Positions 1 through 10,400 of a DNA stretch of 64,000 nucleotides are shown piece after piece. Both the position numbers and the translations under genes were made by a program. The first letter of the stretch is position 1. The number at the start of each line of letters is the position of its first letter. This DNA comes from Monocercomonoides exilis PA203 (lineage: Eukaryota > Protista > Preaxostyla), in the NCBI GenBank assembly GCA_001643675.2, contig LSRY02000077.1, forward strand, positions 1-64,000. The letters are read 5' to 3'. The notes beneath the pieces are model-generated. The model ran no database searches and had not been told where the DNA came from. It saw nothing but the letters and a program-made list of their open reading frames with translations.

Positions 1-278
1 AGGAGGAAATGGCAGATCTGACAATTCTCAATGAAGAAGCTTTCATTCCGTTGTTTTTCAAGGCGACAAACACATCCAAGCATCTTTTTGCCAAATCTGA
101 AATTTAGAAGGTATGTCTTTGAATTTCAACTGATCCCATCCGTCTTTGAAATGTGCGAAACCATAAGTGTATCCCATCCATGTTGCACTAGCGACGCTGT
201 TTTTGCACTCTTCGGCCAGTTCACGTGACATGCTTCTTGATGCCAAAATCTCGTTCCACCACGATTCTCCCTTTTCGG

Positions 279-2168
279 TTATGGATTGATTAGGCATATC
301 CGCAGTCTTCCTGGTGGAAGAGTAGCATTCATTAGCTTCATCCATCTTCCTTCCCTTATCTCCTCCGTTCTCCTCCATGTCCAGGAGATGTGATTTGTGT
401 TGTTCAGTAGAGGTTCCCATATCTGACCTTTCCAATCTGGAAGAAGAAGAAGAACTCGAGCTTTCTCCATCGCTGCTTTTCGGATCACTGCTGGAATCAA
501 AGGAACCGGTGGATGCGCAAGAACTGTCTCGTTTTTCCAAGTAATTTGTAACCCGTCTTGACTTAAATTGCTTCCTGGTCCGCACCATCTCGTTGATTTT
601 GTGTTTTCTTTTGCGAACGCATCGAGTGTGATGTGCATCTGAAGCTGATTGGTGATCTCTTCGAGTGTTTCTTGTTCGACTTCGTAATCTCCTCCTTTTG
701 CCAATCTCGATAGGCCATCTGCTCTGACGTTTCTCTCTCCGGGAATATGTTGAGCTTTCACAACTACTTTCAGCGCTTGGGTTTGATTCCATATTTTCTT
801 CAGAAGGGTTCTGAGATTCTGACCGGCTCCCCATCGATTCAGATTGTAAACTGCTGTTGTGTTGTCTGATCGAATAAGTAGATTTCTTATTTCTTGATTT
901 CGAATGGAATTTGAGAAATGCGCGATGGCTTGATTGATAGCGAATAGCTCTCTGTAATTTGAACTTTGGTTTCTGACTGGAGGAGGAAGAAGTTTGTAAA
1001 AGTCCAGCATTTGATTGTTGACTTTTAGTGTTGCGCCTATGGCAAACCCTGATGCATCTGTTGTAAGAACTGCTTCCGGTCGAAACACTGGATTCAATCT
1101 CCTTGATTGGTTCTCTTTCAGCCTTTCGCTCCACTTCATAAGGCAATTTGTTATCGATGCATTCACGCGCATTTTTCCTTTCCATCCATTCAGACTCAAA
1201 GCTTTGTTTAGGAGTTTGTACAGTTGTGACAAATTCAGGGAGGCTTCTTGATACACGAATCTGGTTGCGTTCAGTTTCCCTATCAACGAGGCAAACTTCT
1301 TTATCGAAACAACTCTGTTGCTCTGGGCAATCCTCCTCCATTTCTTGCACTCTTTCATCAGCTCGGTTTTTTTCGATTCCTCTATCTGTACCACAAACTG
1401 ATTGGTATCCCATTGGAAGCCCAAAAATTTGAACTGCTGACTTGGAATTAAATGACATTTTTCCGAATTGACCAACAGTCCCAATTTGTTGAACATCGAA
1501 AGAGTTTTCTCCACAATAATATTGAGTTCCTGCGGGTCTTGATGAAGAAGAACAATATCGTCCAGGTATGCAATGGCTCTCACACTCCATTCCTCCCTCA
1601 TGTATTTTAGAACTTTCCTCATCACTTTTGTGAACGTTCGAGGCGCATCTTTGTATCCGAAAGGCATTCCGTGGAAAGCGTAGTATTTTCCTTTGAAAAC
1701 GAACGAAAGGAATGGTGATAATTCTTCGCTGACTTTTATAAGATAATAAGCTTGGCTCAAGTCCAATGTGACTGCGTAATCCTTTTCTTGTATAATTTTC
1801 TCCACTGTTCTGTGGTCTTCTTGCTTGTAATAAATCGTCTTGATAGCATTGTTGAGTCTTCGGCAATCCACGATTTGCCTCCAGCCACCGTCTTTCTTTC
1901 TGATTACAAAAACTGGATTCAAATGCTTCACATCCTTCTCCTGAATCGGCTTGATGATATTTGTTTCCAGTTGCTTCTTGATCATCTCTGAAAAGGCTTG
2001 TTGGGCTTCTTGACTCTGATGCTCCAAAGGGTTGAATACTCCTGTTTTCTTGAGTGATTCCTTCGCGGCTTTGCTCCTCCATACAGGGATTACTCCTTTC
2101 CCAATAATTCTTGCCCTCCAATTTTTTTCCCATTCTTCTCGAAATAAACAAGTTCTTCCTCCAACCAT
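279..2168 (-). CDS. DIRS pol (RT, RNase H, MT-like domain), inverted copy
   Basis: 629-aa ORF nearly identical to 7519..9414, with YLDD, TTDASG, RSDN and AHPPV motifs. Confidence 0.85.
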   Translation of the reverse strand: MVGGRTCLFREEWEKNWRARIIGKGVIPVWRSKAAKESLKKTGVFNPLEHQSQEAQQAFSEMIKKQLETNIIKPIQEKDVKHLNPVFVIRKKDGGWRQIVDCRRLNNAIKTIYYKQEDHRTVEKIIQEKDYAVTLDLSQAYYLIKVSEELSPFLSFVFKGKYYAFHGMPFGYKDAPRTFTKVMRKVLKYMREEWSVRAIAYLDDIVLLHQDPQELNIIVEKTLSMFNKLGLLVNSEKCHLIPSQQFKFLGFQWDTNQFVVQIEESKKTELMKECKKWRRIAQSNRVVSIKKFASLIGKLNATRFVYQEASLNLSQLYKLLNKALSLNGWKGKMRVNASITNCLMKWSERLKENQSRRLNPVFRPEAVLTTDASGFAIGATLKVNNQMLDFYKLLPPPVRNQSSNYRELFAINQAIAHFSNSIRNQEIRNLLIRSDNTTAVYNLNRWGAGQNLRTLLKKIWNQTQALKVVVKAQHIPGERNVRADGLSRLAKGGDYEVEQETLEEITNQLQMHITLDAFAKENTKSTRWCGPGSNLSQDGLQITWKNETVLAHPPVPLIPAVIRKAAMEKARVLLLLPDWKGQIWEPLLNNTNHISWTWRRTEEIREGRWMKLMNATLPPGRLRICLINP

Positions 2169-2214
2169 TGCCTCTTGTCGGACTTCTGCGGGCTGTAGAA
2201 TGCTGTTCGTTTCT

Positions 2215-3058
2215 TCTATTGGTATTTTCGCTCCCCTGATTGTCTTCTTGAAGCGAAACCTGAAGCACTTGGTCGCAGCCGGATTTGGTTTTGTTGTCTT
2301 GACAACCGGGGAGCTCTTTGAAAAATCTGTGGCTAGTTGATCTTCTGGTTGGAATTGTTCCGGCTCTTATCGAACTTCTTCTCACAGGGCAGCTCGTTGT
2401 TTGTAGCTTGAATTGTTGACTCTTCTCTGTTTTTCTCCATTCTTCAAGAACTTCTGATTGCCTTTGAGTAAGAAGACTGGATGCTGTGCTCTCCTTAATC
2501 TGTGCAGCTGCCCTAAAGCCGAATCTTCCTTGAATTCTTACAGATCTTGCTTCCTTCAGCGCTTTTGAAACTAATAAAATTGCATCTGCAATTGGTCCTT
2601 TTTCGTCATCTTTTTTCTTTTAATTTCGCGTGTGTGTAAAGCAAAATTTTAATGGCTGGATATAGAAATGCTTCAGTTCGCTCACCTGCCTTATCCAATG
2701 CGTCGTTCATCCAATTGTCTGTTCTCGAAGCTGTAGGAGGAGCCTTTGGCAGGAATGGACTTAAATCATCTTCCTTCAAATCAGTAATAAGATCCTCCAA
2801 ATATCTTTCTGGTAAATCCATATCATATAAGCTGCAGTCCGGATCCCTGAGAAATATTGTTTTAAAACTATTTTCTAGCAGCAAACAATCGTCGCCATGG
2901 CTTATTTTCGCTTCTGAAGCTCCCGGGATCTGCTGGGAAAATTCAGAACTGGAATGAGAAATCACACTCGAAAACGTCTCTCCCGGAGGTCCATCTGACA
3001 TCATTGATGTGGCAGAATTCAACGCGGGTCCAGTGCTGAGTGGAGAGCTAGGGAGCAT
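2215..3058 (-). pseudogene. DIRS gag, inverted copy, broken by homopolymer frameshifts
   Basis: Identical to the N-terminal 149 aa of 6629..7471, then stops because of one extra A. May be a consensus error. Lower coordinate is approximate. Confidence 0.6.
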
Positions 3059-6000
3059 TCTTTTATCAGATTCGCCGTGACTGACCCTTAAGTGATACTC
3101 TCAGATCGAAGAGAAGAAAGTGAATGAATGTTTTCTTGCAAATCAAAATGCTTGCGTTTTGATTATGTTCTTCACAAGGCTTTCAAACATTTTTCTGAAT
3201 TTTTTATTTTTTCGACATATATAAATATTTGCGTGAGAATGAAAGATATATAACGATATAATTGCAGAAAATGTTTGGAACAGAATTTTTTTTTTTGAAA
3301 TGAAAAAATATAGCCTCAAATGAAGAAAACTTGGAAAGAAAATATGAAATAAGCCGGATAAAAATTAAAGAGAAAATGCATTTTAAAACATGGTTGAAGG
3401 AAAAAACAAATAAACAAATTAAAAAAATGAGAAGTCATCAACATATGGAGTTAAAGTTTTTTATTTCTCCACATAACTTTTCTTTTCCAAAAACACTAGC
3501 ACATATAAATATGACATTTGATTTTTTTTTCCTTATTCATGCTCATTGAAATGAAAATCAGGTGTTAAAAAAGAAAGAAAGAAAAGAAAAGAAAAAAGAA
3601 AGATAGTAACAAAGATCAAATGTTAAAATGTACTGATATTTAATTAGAATTGGCTTGAACTTTTTCACAAAATTAACTCTATTTATGCTGAAATCCCATT
3701 TGTTTTGATTTTCTCATTAGAGTGATCAATTCGTTTCAATAAAGTGATACCATGGGTGCTTAACCCGCACCCTGGTGCCAAACCCGCACCCAGCAAATTA
3801 TCAGTTTTTTCAAAAAAAATGTAAACACACATTTGATTGAGTGTGAAGAGCTCACATTTGGACAATTACTATATTTATTATTAATAATTAATATTTTTCC
3901 CAAAAATACAAAAATATTCATTTTCATAAAAATTGTTTTAATTTTTATATATTTGAAAATTTGCTATTTCCTAGCCACGGCAGAAAAAGAAAAACATCCT
4001 ATTGTGCTTATTTTAATATTTGCGAACAAAAAATTAAACGTATGGGAAATTTTTTCGATATTTGTCTGATGGAACTTATTTCAACGATTAGATCAAAAAC
4101 CATAAAAATGTGAAAACAATTTGCATGCTTGACTGCAGCTTGGAGAAGAAGTTTGTTTTGAATATTTCGATAACATTTTAATAATATTGTGTCTTTTATG
4201 TAATTTACAACAATTCTTTTAGTGGCTGCACTTTTCAGAGCCATGCTTTGTTTGGAGTGTGTTTTTTTGGAGAGCAGACTTTCCAAAAGTTAGATTACAG
4301 TTTGCCGTTTTTAAGTACTTGCATATTTTATAAATTTTTGCCTTGTGTAATAATTAAATTCTTCAAAAACTTGTTTTTGAATGTTTTGTTTAACACATAT
4401 ATTTGCTTTATTTTATTATCGAAAAGAATGAAGCTGCATTTATAACTGCAGCAATTTGTGCTGTAAACATTAACTGTTATTAAATGTTAATTTTTCGAAA
4501 ATGAGAAATATATGTGTATTGATGTTTTTGATTTTTATCATTTTTAACAATTCAATGACTTTTTTGTTAAATGTTCATTTCACGTGTTAATTTTGATGGA
4601 ATCCGTTGTGCATCAATTTATTGCGTTGTATTTATTTTTTCCAAAATGAAATAATTTATGTGTGATGAATTAGACATTAGTAATTTTTGTTTGATTAATT
4701 TATTTGAATATTCATTTTTTAATGGACAGTTGAGAATAATATTTTTGATTGATAATAAAGTTTTGCATTTATCTGAAAAATGAAACAACACATTAAGAAT
4801 AACGCTTATCTTACGTCATATTCCGATATTCAAAAAAATAAATGAGATGAATCCGATTTACATTAAATTTGTTTTATATCAAGTTCAAGACAATTGTTCA
4901 TCACAACTTTGAGAAAATTTGGTTTGGGCAAATAATCAACAAATATATTTGTGTTTTTGTTGAAAAATTTCATTTATAACAGAGAATAATCAAACAAAAA
5001 TTACTAATGTCTAATTCATCACACATAAATTATTTCATTTTGGAAAAAATAAATACAACGCAATAAATTGATGCACAACGGATTCCATCAAAATTAACAC
5101 GTGAAATGAACATTTAACAAAAAAGTCATTGAATTGTTAAAAATGATAAAAATCAAAAACATCAATACACATATATTTCTCATTTTCGAAAAATTAACAT
5201 TTAATAACAGTTAATGTTTACAGCACAAATTGCTGCAGTTATAAATGCAGCTTCATTCTTTTCGATAATAAAATAAAGCAAATATATGTGTTAAACAAAA
5301 CATTCAAAAACAAGTTTTTGAAGAATTTAATTATTACACAAGGCAAAAATTTATAAAATATGCAAGTACTTAAAAACGGCAAACTGTAATCTAACTTTTG
5401 GAAAGTCTGCTCTCCAAAAAAACACACTCCAAACAAAGCATGGCTCTGAAAAGTGCAGCCACTAAAAGAATTGTTGTAAATTACATAAAAGACACAATAT
5501 TATTAAAATGTTATCGAAATATTCAAAACAAACTTCTTCTCCAAGCTGCAGTCAAGCATGCAAATTGTTTTCACATTTTTATGGTTTTTGATCTAATCGT
5601 TGAAATAAGTTCCATCAGACAAATATCGAAAAAAATTTCCCATACGTTTAATTTTTTGTTCGCAAATATTAAAATAAGCACAATAGGATGTTTTTCTTTT
5701 TCTGCCGTGGCTAGGAAATAGCAAATTTTCAAATATATAAAAATTAAAACAATTTTTATGAAAATGAATATTTTTGTATTTTTTGGGAAAAATATTAATT
5801 ATTAATAATAAATATAGTAATTGTCCAAATGTGAGCTCTTCACACTCAATCAAATGTGTGTTTACATTTTTTTTTGAAAAAACTGATAATTTGCTGGGTG
5901 CGGGTTTGGCACCAGGGTGCGGGTTAAGCACCCATGGTATCACTTTATTGAAACGAATTGATCACTCTAATGAGAAAATCAAAACAAATGGGATTTCAGC

Positions 6001-6522
6001 ATAAATAGAGTTAATTTTGTGAAAAAGTTCAAGCCAATTCTAATTAAATATCAGTACATTTTAACATTTGATCTTTGTTACTATCTTTCTTTTTTCTTTT
6101 CTTTTCTTTCTTTCTTTTTTAACACCTGATTTTCATTTCAATGAGCATGAATAAGGAAAAAAAAATCAAATGTCATATTTATATGTGCTAGTGTTTTTGG
6201 AAAAGAAAAGTTATGTGGAGAAATAAAAAACTTTAACTCCATATGTTGATGACTTCTCATTTTTTTAATTTGTTTATTTGTTTTTTCCTTCAACCATGTT
6301 TTAAAATGCATTTTCTCTTTAATTTTTATCCGGCTTATTTCATATTTTCTTTCCAAGTTTTCTTCATTTGAGGCTATATTTTTTCATTTCAAAAAAAAAA
6401 ATTCTGTTCCAAACATTTTCTGCAATTATATCGTTATATATCTTTCATTCTCACGCAAATATTTATATATGTCGAAAAAATAAAAAATTCAGAAAAATGT
6501 TTGAAAGCCTTGTGAAGAACAT

Positions 6523-6622
6523 AATCAAAACGCAAGCATTTTGATTTGCAAGAAAACATTCATTCACTTTCTTCTCTTCGATCTGAGAGTATCACTTAAG
6601 GGTCAGTCACGGCGAATCTGAT
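6523..6622 (+). repeat. DIRS left terminus / left ITR
   Basis: 6562-6610 is the perfect reverse complement of 11023-11071 (49 nt), extending imperfectly to 6622/11008. 6523-6590 is the reverse complement of ICR 10750-10817. Confidence 0.92.
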
Positions 6623-6628
6623 AAAAGA

Positions 6629-7471
6629 ATGCTCCCTAGCTCTCCACTCAGCACTGGACCCGCGTTGAATTCTGCCACATCAATGATGTCAGATGGACCT
6701 CCGGGAGAGACGTTTTCGAGTGTGATTTCTCATTCCAGTTCTGAATTTTCCCAGCAGATCCCGGGAGCTTCAGAAGCGAAAATAAGCCATGGCGACGATT
6801 GTTTGCTGCTAGAAAATAGTTTTAAAACAATATTTCTCAGGGATCCGGACTGCAGCTTATATGATATGGATTTACCAGAAAGATATTTGGAGGATCTTAT
6901 TACTGATTTGAAGGAAGATGATTTAAGTCCATTCCTGCCAAAGGCTCCTCCTACAGCTTCGAGAACAGACAATTGGATGAACGACGCATTGGATAAGGCA
7001 GGTGAGCGAACTGAAGCATTTCTATATCCAGCCATTAAAATTTTGCTTTACACACACGCGAAATTAAAAGAAAAAGATGACGAAAAAGGACCAATTGCAG
7101 ATGCAATTTTATTAGTTTCAAAAGCGCTGAAGGAAGCAAGATCTGTAAGAATTCAAGGAAGATTCGGCTTTAGGGCAGCTGCACAGATTAAGGAGAGCAC
7201 AGCATCCAGTCTTCTTACTCAAAGGCAATCAGAAGTTCTTGAAGAATGGAGAAAAACAGAGAAGAGTCAACAATTCAAGCTACAAACAACGAGCTGCCCT
7301 GTGAGAAGAAGTTCGATAAGAGCCGGAACAATTCCAACCAGAAGATCAACTAGCCACAGATTTTTTCAAAGAGCTCCCCGGTTGTCAAGACAACAAAACC
7401 AAATCCGGCTGCGACCAAGTGCTTCAGGTTTCGCTTCAAGAAGACAATCAGGGGAGCGAAAATACCAATAG
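6629..7471 (+). CDS. DIRS ORF1, gag-like protein (280 aa)
   Basis: First ATG-initiated ORF after the left ITR and upstream of pol, with an R/Q-rich C-terminus. Assignment is positional. Confidence 0.75.
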   Translation: MLPSSPLSTGPALNSATSMMSDGPPGETFSSVISHSSSEFSQQIPGASEAKISHGDDCLLLENSFKTIFLRDPDCSLYDMDLPERYLEDLITDLKEDDLSPFLPKAPPTASRTDNWMNDALDKAGERTEAFLYPAIKILLYTHAKLKEKDDEKGPIADAILLVSKALKEARSVRIQGRFGFRAAAQIKESTASSLLTQRQSEVLEEWRKTEKSQQFKLQTTSCPVRRSSIRAGTIPTRRSTSHRFFQRAPRLSRQQNQIRLRPSASGFASRRQSGERKYQ

Positions 7472-10400
7472 AAGAAACGAACAGCATTCTACAGCCCGCA
7501 GAAGTCCGACAAGAGGCAATGGTTGGAGGAAGAACTTGTTTATTTCGAGAAGAATGGGAAAAAATTGGAGGGGCAAGAATTATTGGGAAAGGAGTAATCC
7601 CTGTATGGAGGAGCAAAGCCGCGAAGGAATCACTCAAGAAAACAGGAGTATTCAACCCTTTGGAGCATCAGAGTCAAGAAGCCCAACAAGCCTTTTCAGA
7701 GATGATCAAGAAGCAACTGGAAACAAATATCATCAAGCCGATTCAGGAGAAGGATGTGAAGCATTTGAATCCAGTTTTTGTAATCAGAAAGAAAGACGGT
7801 GGCTGGAGGCAAATCGTGGATTGCCGAAGACTCAACAATGCTATCAAGACGATTTATTACAAGCAAGAAGACCACAGAACAGTGGAGAAAATTATACAAG
7901 AAAAGGATTACGCAGTCACATTGGACTTGAGCCAAGCTTATTATCTTATAAAAGTCAGCGAAGAATTATCACCATTCCTTTCGTTCGTTTTCAAAGGAAA
8001 ATACTACGCTTTCCACGGAATGCCTTTCGGATACAAAGATGCGCCTCGAACGTTCACAAAAGTGATGAGGAAAGTTCTAAAATACATGAGGGAGGAATGG
8101 AGTGTGAGAGCCATTGCATACCTGGACGATATTGTTCTTCTTCATCAAGACCCGCAGGAACTCAATATTATTGTGGAGAAAACTCTTTCGATGTTCAACA
8201 AATTGGGACTGTTGGTCAATTCGGAAAAATGTCATTTAATTCCAAGTCAGCAGTTCAAATTTTTGGGCTTCCAATGGGATACCAATCAGTTTGTGGTACA
8301 GATAGAGGAATCGAAAAAAACCGAGCTGATGAAAGAGTGCAAGAAATGGAGGAGGATTGCCCAGAGCAACAGAGTTGTTTCGATAAAGAAGTTTGCCTCG
8401 TTGATAGGGAAACTGAACGCAACCAGATTCGTGTATCAAGAAGCCTCCCTGAATTTGTCACAACTGTACAAACTCCTAAACAAAGCTTTGAGTCTGAATG
8501 GATGGAAAGGAAAAATGCGCGTGAATGCATCGATAACAAATTGCCTTATGAAGTGGAGCGAAAGGCTGAAAGAGAACCAATCAAGGAGATTGAATCCAGT
8601 GTTTCGACCGGAAGCAGTTCTTACAACAGATGCATCAGGGTTTGCCATAGGCGCAACACTAAAAGTCAACAATCAAATGCTGGACTTTTACAAACTTCTT
8701 CCTCCTCCAGTCAGAAACCAAAGTTCAAATTACAGAGAGCTATTCGCTATCAATCAAGCCATCGCGCATTTCTCAAATTCCATTCGAAATCAAGAAATAA
8801 GAAATCTACTTATTCGATCAGACAACACAACAGCAGTTTACAATCTGAATCGATGGGGAGCCGGTCAGAATCTCAGAACCCTTCTGAAGAAAATATGGAA
8901 TCAAACCCAAGCGCTGAAAGTAGTTGTGAAAGCTCAACATATTCCCGGAGAGAGAAACGTCAGAGCAGATGGCCTATCGAGATTGGCAAAAGGAGGAGAT
9001 TACGAAGTCGAACAAGAAACACTCGAAGAGATCACCAATCAGCTTCAGATGCACATCACACTCGATGCGTTCGCAACAAAAGAAAACACAAAATCAACGA
9101 GATGGTGCGGACCAGGAAGCAATTTAAGTCAAGACGGGTTACAAATTACTTGGAAAAACGAGACAGTTCTTGCGCATCCACCGGTTCCTTTGATTCCAGC
9201 AGTGATCCGAAAAGCAGCGATGGAGAAAGCTCGAGTTCTTCTTCTTCTTCCAGATTGGAAAGGTCAGATATGGGAACCTCTACTGAACAACACAAATCAC
9301 ATCTCCTGGACATGGAGGAGAACGGAGGAGATAATAAGGGAAGGAAGATGGATGAAGCTAATGAATGCTACTCTTCCACCAGGAAGACTGCGGATATGCC
9401 TAATCAATCCATAACCGAAAAGGGAGAATCGTGGTGGAACGAGATTTTGGCATCAAGAAGCATGTCACGTGAACTGGCCGAAGAGTGCAAAAACAGCGTC
9501 GCTAGTGCAACATGGATGGGATACACTTATGGTTTCGCACATTTCAAAGACGGATGGGATCAGTTGAAATTCAAAGACATACCTTCTAAATTTCAGATTT
9601 GGCAAAAAAGATGCTTGGATGTGTTTGTCGCCTTGAAAAACAACGGAATGAAAGCTTCTTCATTGAGAATTGTCAGATCTGCCATTTCCTTTCTAACATC
9701 AGTATTATACGGAAAATCACTTGGGGAGAACACCTTGATTTCAATCCTGTTTAGATCATTCAGGAGATCGGAATGCAGAAAGAAAAAGAGACAAGATGAT
9801 ATGTGGAACCCTCAACAACTCTTCACGCATATAGAAACTATTGGAAAGAACGAAAATTTGTCATTCTCGCAGCTAACAAGGAAAACAATTTGTTTGTGTA
9901 TGATGTTCTCTGCGTGCCGCTTTACAGAACTGGAAAGAATCAATCTCAAGGAATCAGAAATAGATAAGCAATCAATTAACCTGAATACATCACTAAAAAC
10001 TGGACTTGAAAGAAGCAACATTGTCATCCCATTCCTCGACAAGGAAAGTTTGATATGTCCAGCAACAGCCGTTAAAGATTTATGGGATCGTGTAAAAATT
10101 CACAATCCAGCTTCTTATAAACTATTTCTGAGTTCTTCAACATATGATCCAATGAAGGTCCGAGCAATTCGAGAAGCAGCCAGCGAAATGATGAAAGATG
10201 CAAGAATCCCTTCGAACTACAGCCCATACACCTTGAAACATGCTTCAATATCAGCCTTAACAATGGCGGGAACTCCAGTCGAACAGGTGGCAAAATTCGC
10301 AAGATTATCCCCTCGTAGCAACACAGTGATTAAACATTATTTTAAATCTAACATATCAAACAAGATGGCCCAGATAATATCGTCGAATCAGGAGACAAAG

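Larger units (their letters stand above)
4..3164 (-). mobile_element. 3'-truncated inverted copy of the DIRS element (left terminus, gag, pol, start of YR ORF)
   Basis: Reverse complement of 6523-9690, with the terminal ATT at 3162-3164. Gag is frameshifted (A6 vs A5, stop at 2606) and the YR frame shifts near position 88. Confidence 0.9.
4..9690. repeat. Large inverted duplication (palindrome): arms ~4-4697 and 4987-9690, unique 289-bp spacer 4698-4986
   Basis: Left arm is the reverse complement of the right arm, and the ORF track is mirrored (279..2168- vs 7519..9414+; 4248..4445+ vs 5239..5436-). The differences seen are mostly homopolymer or 3-nt indels. Confidence 0.95.

Noticed and set aside
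3754-3791. TAACCC loop as a telomerase RNA template or telomere seed
   Set aside because: Only a single unit, with no 1.5-repeat template and no tandem telomeric array.
3165-6522. Short ORFs in the palindrome flank and spacer
   Set aside because: AT-rich, short, no motifs, and mirrored only because of the duplication.
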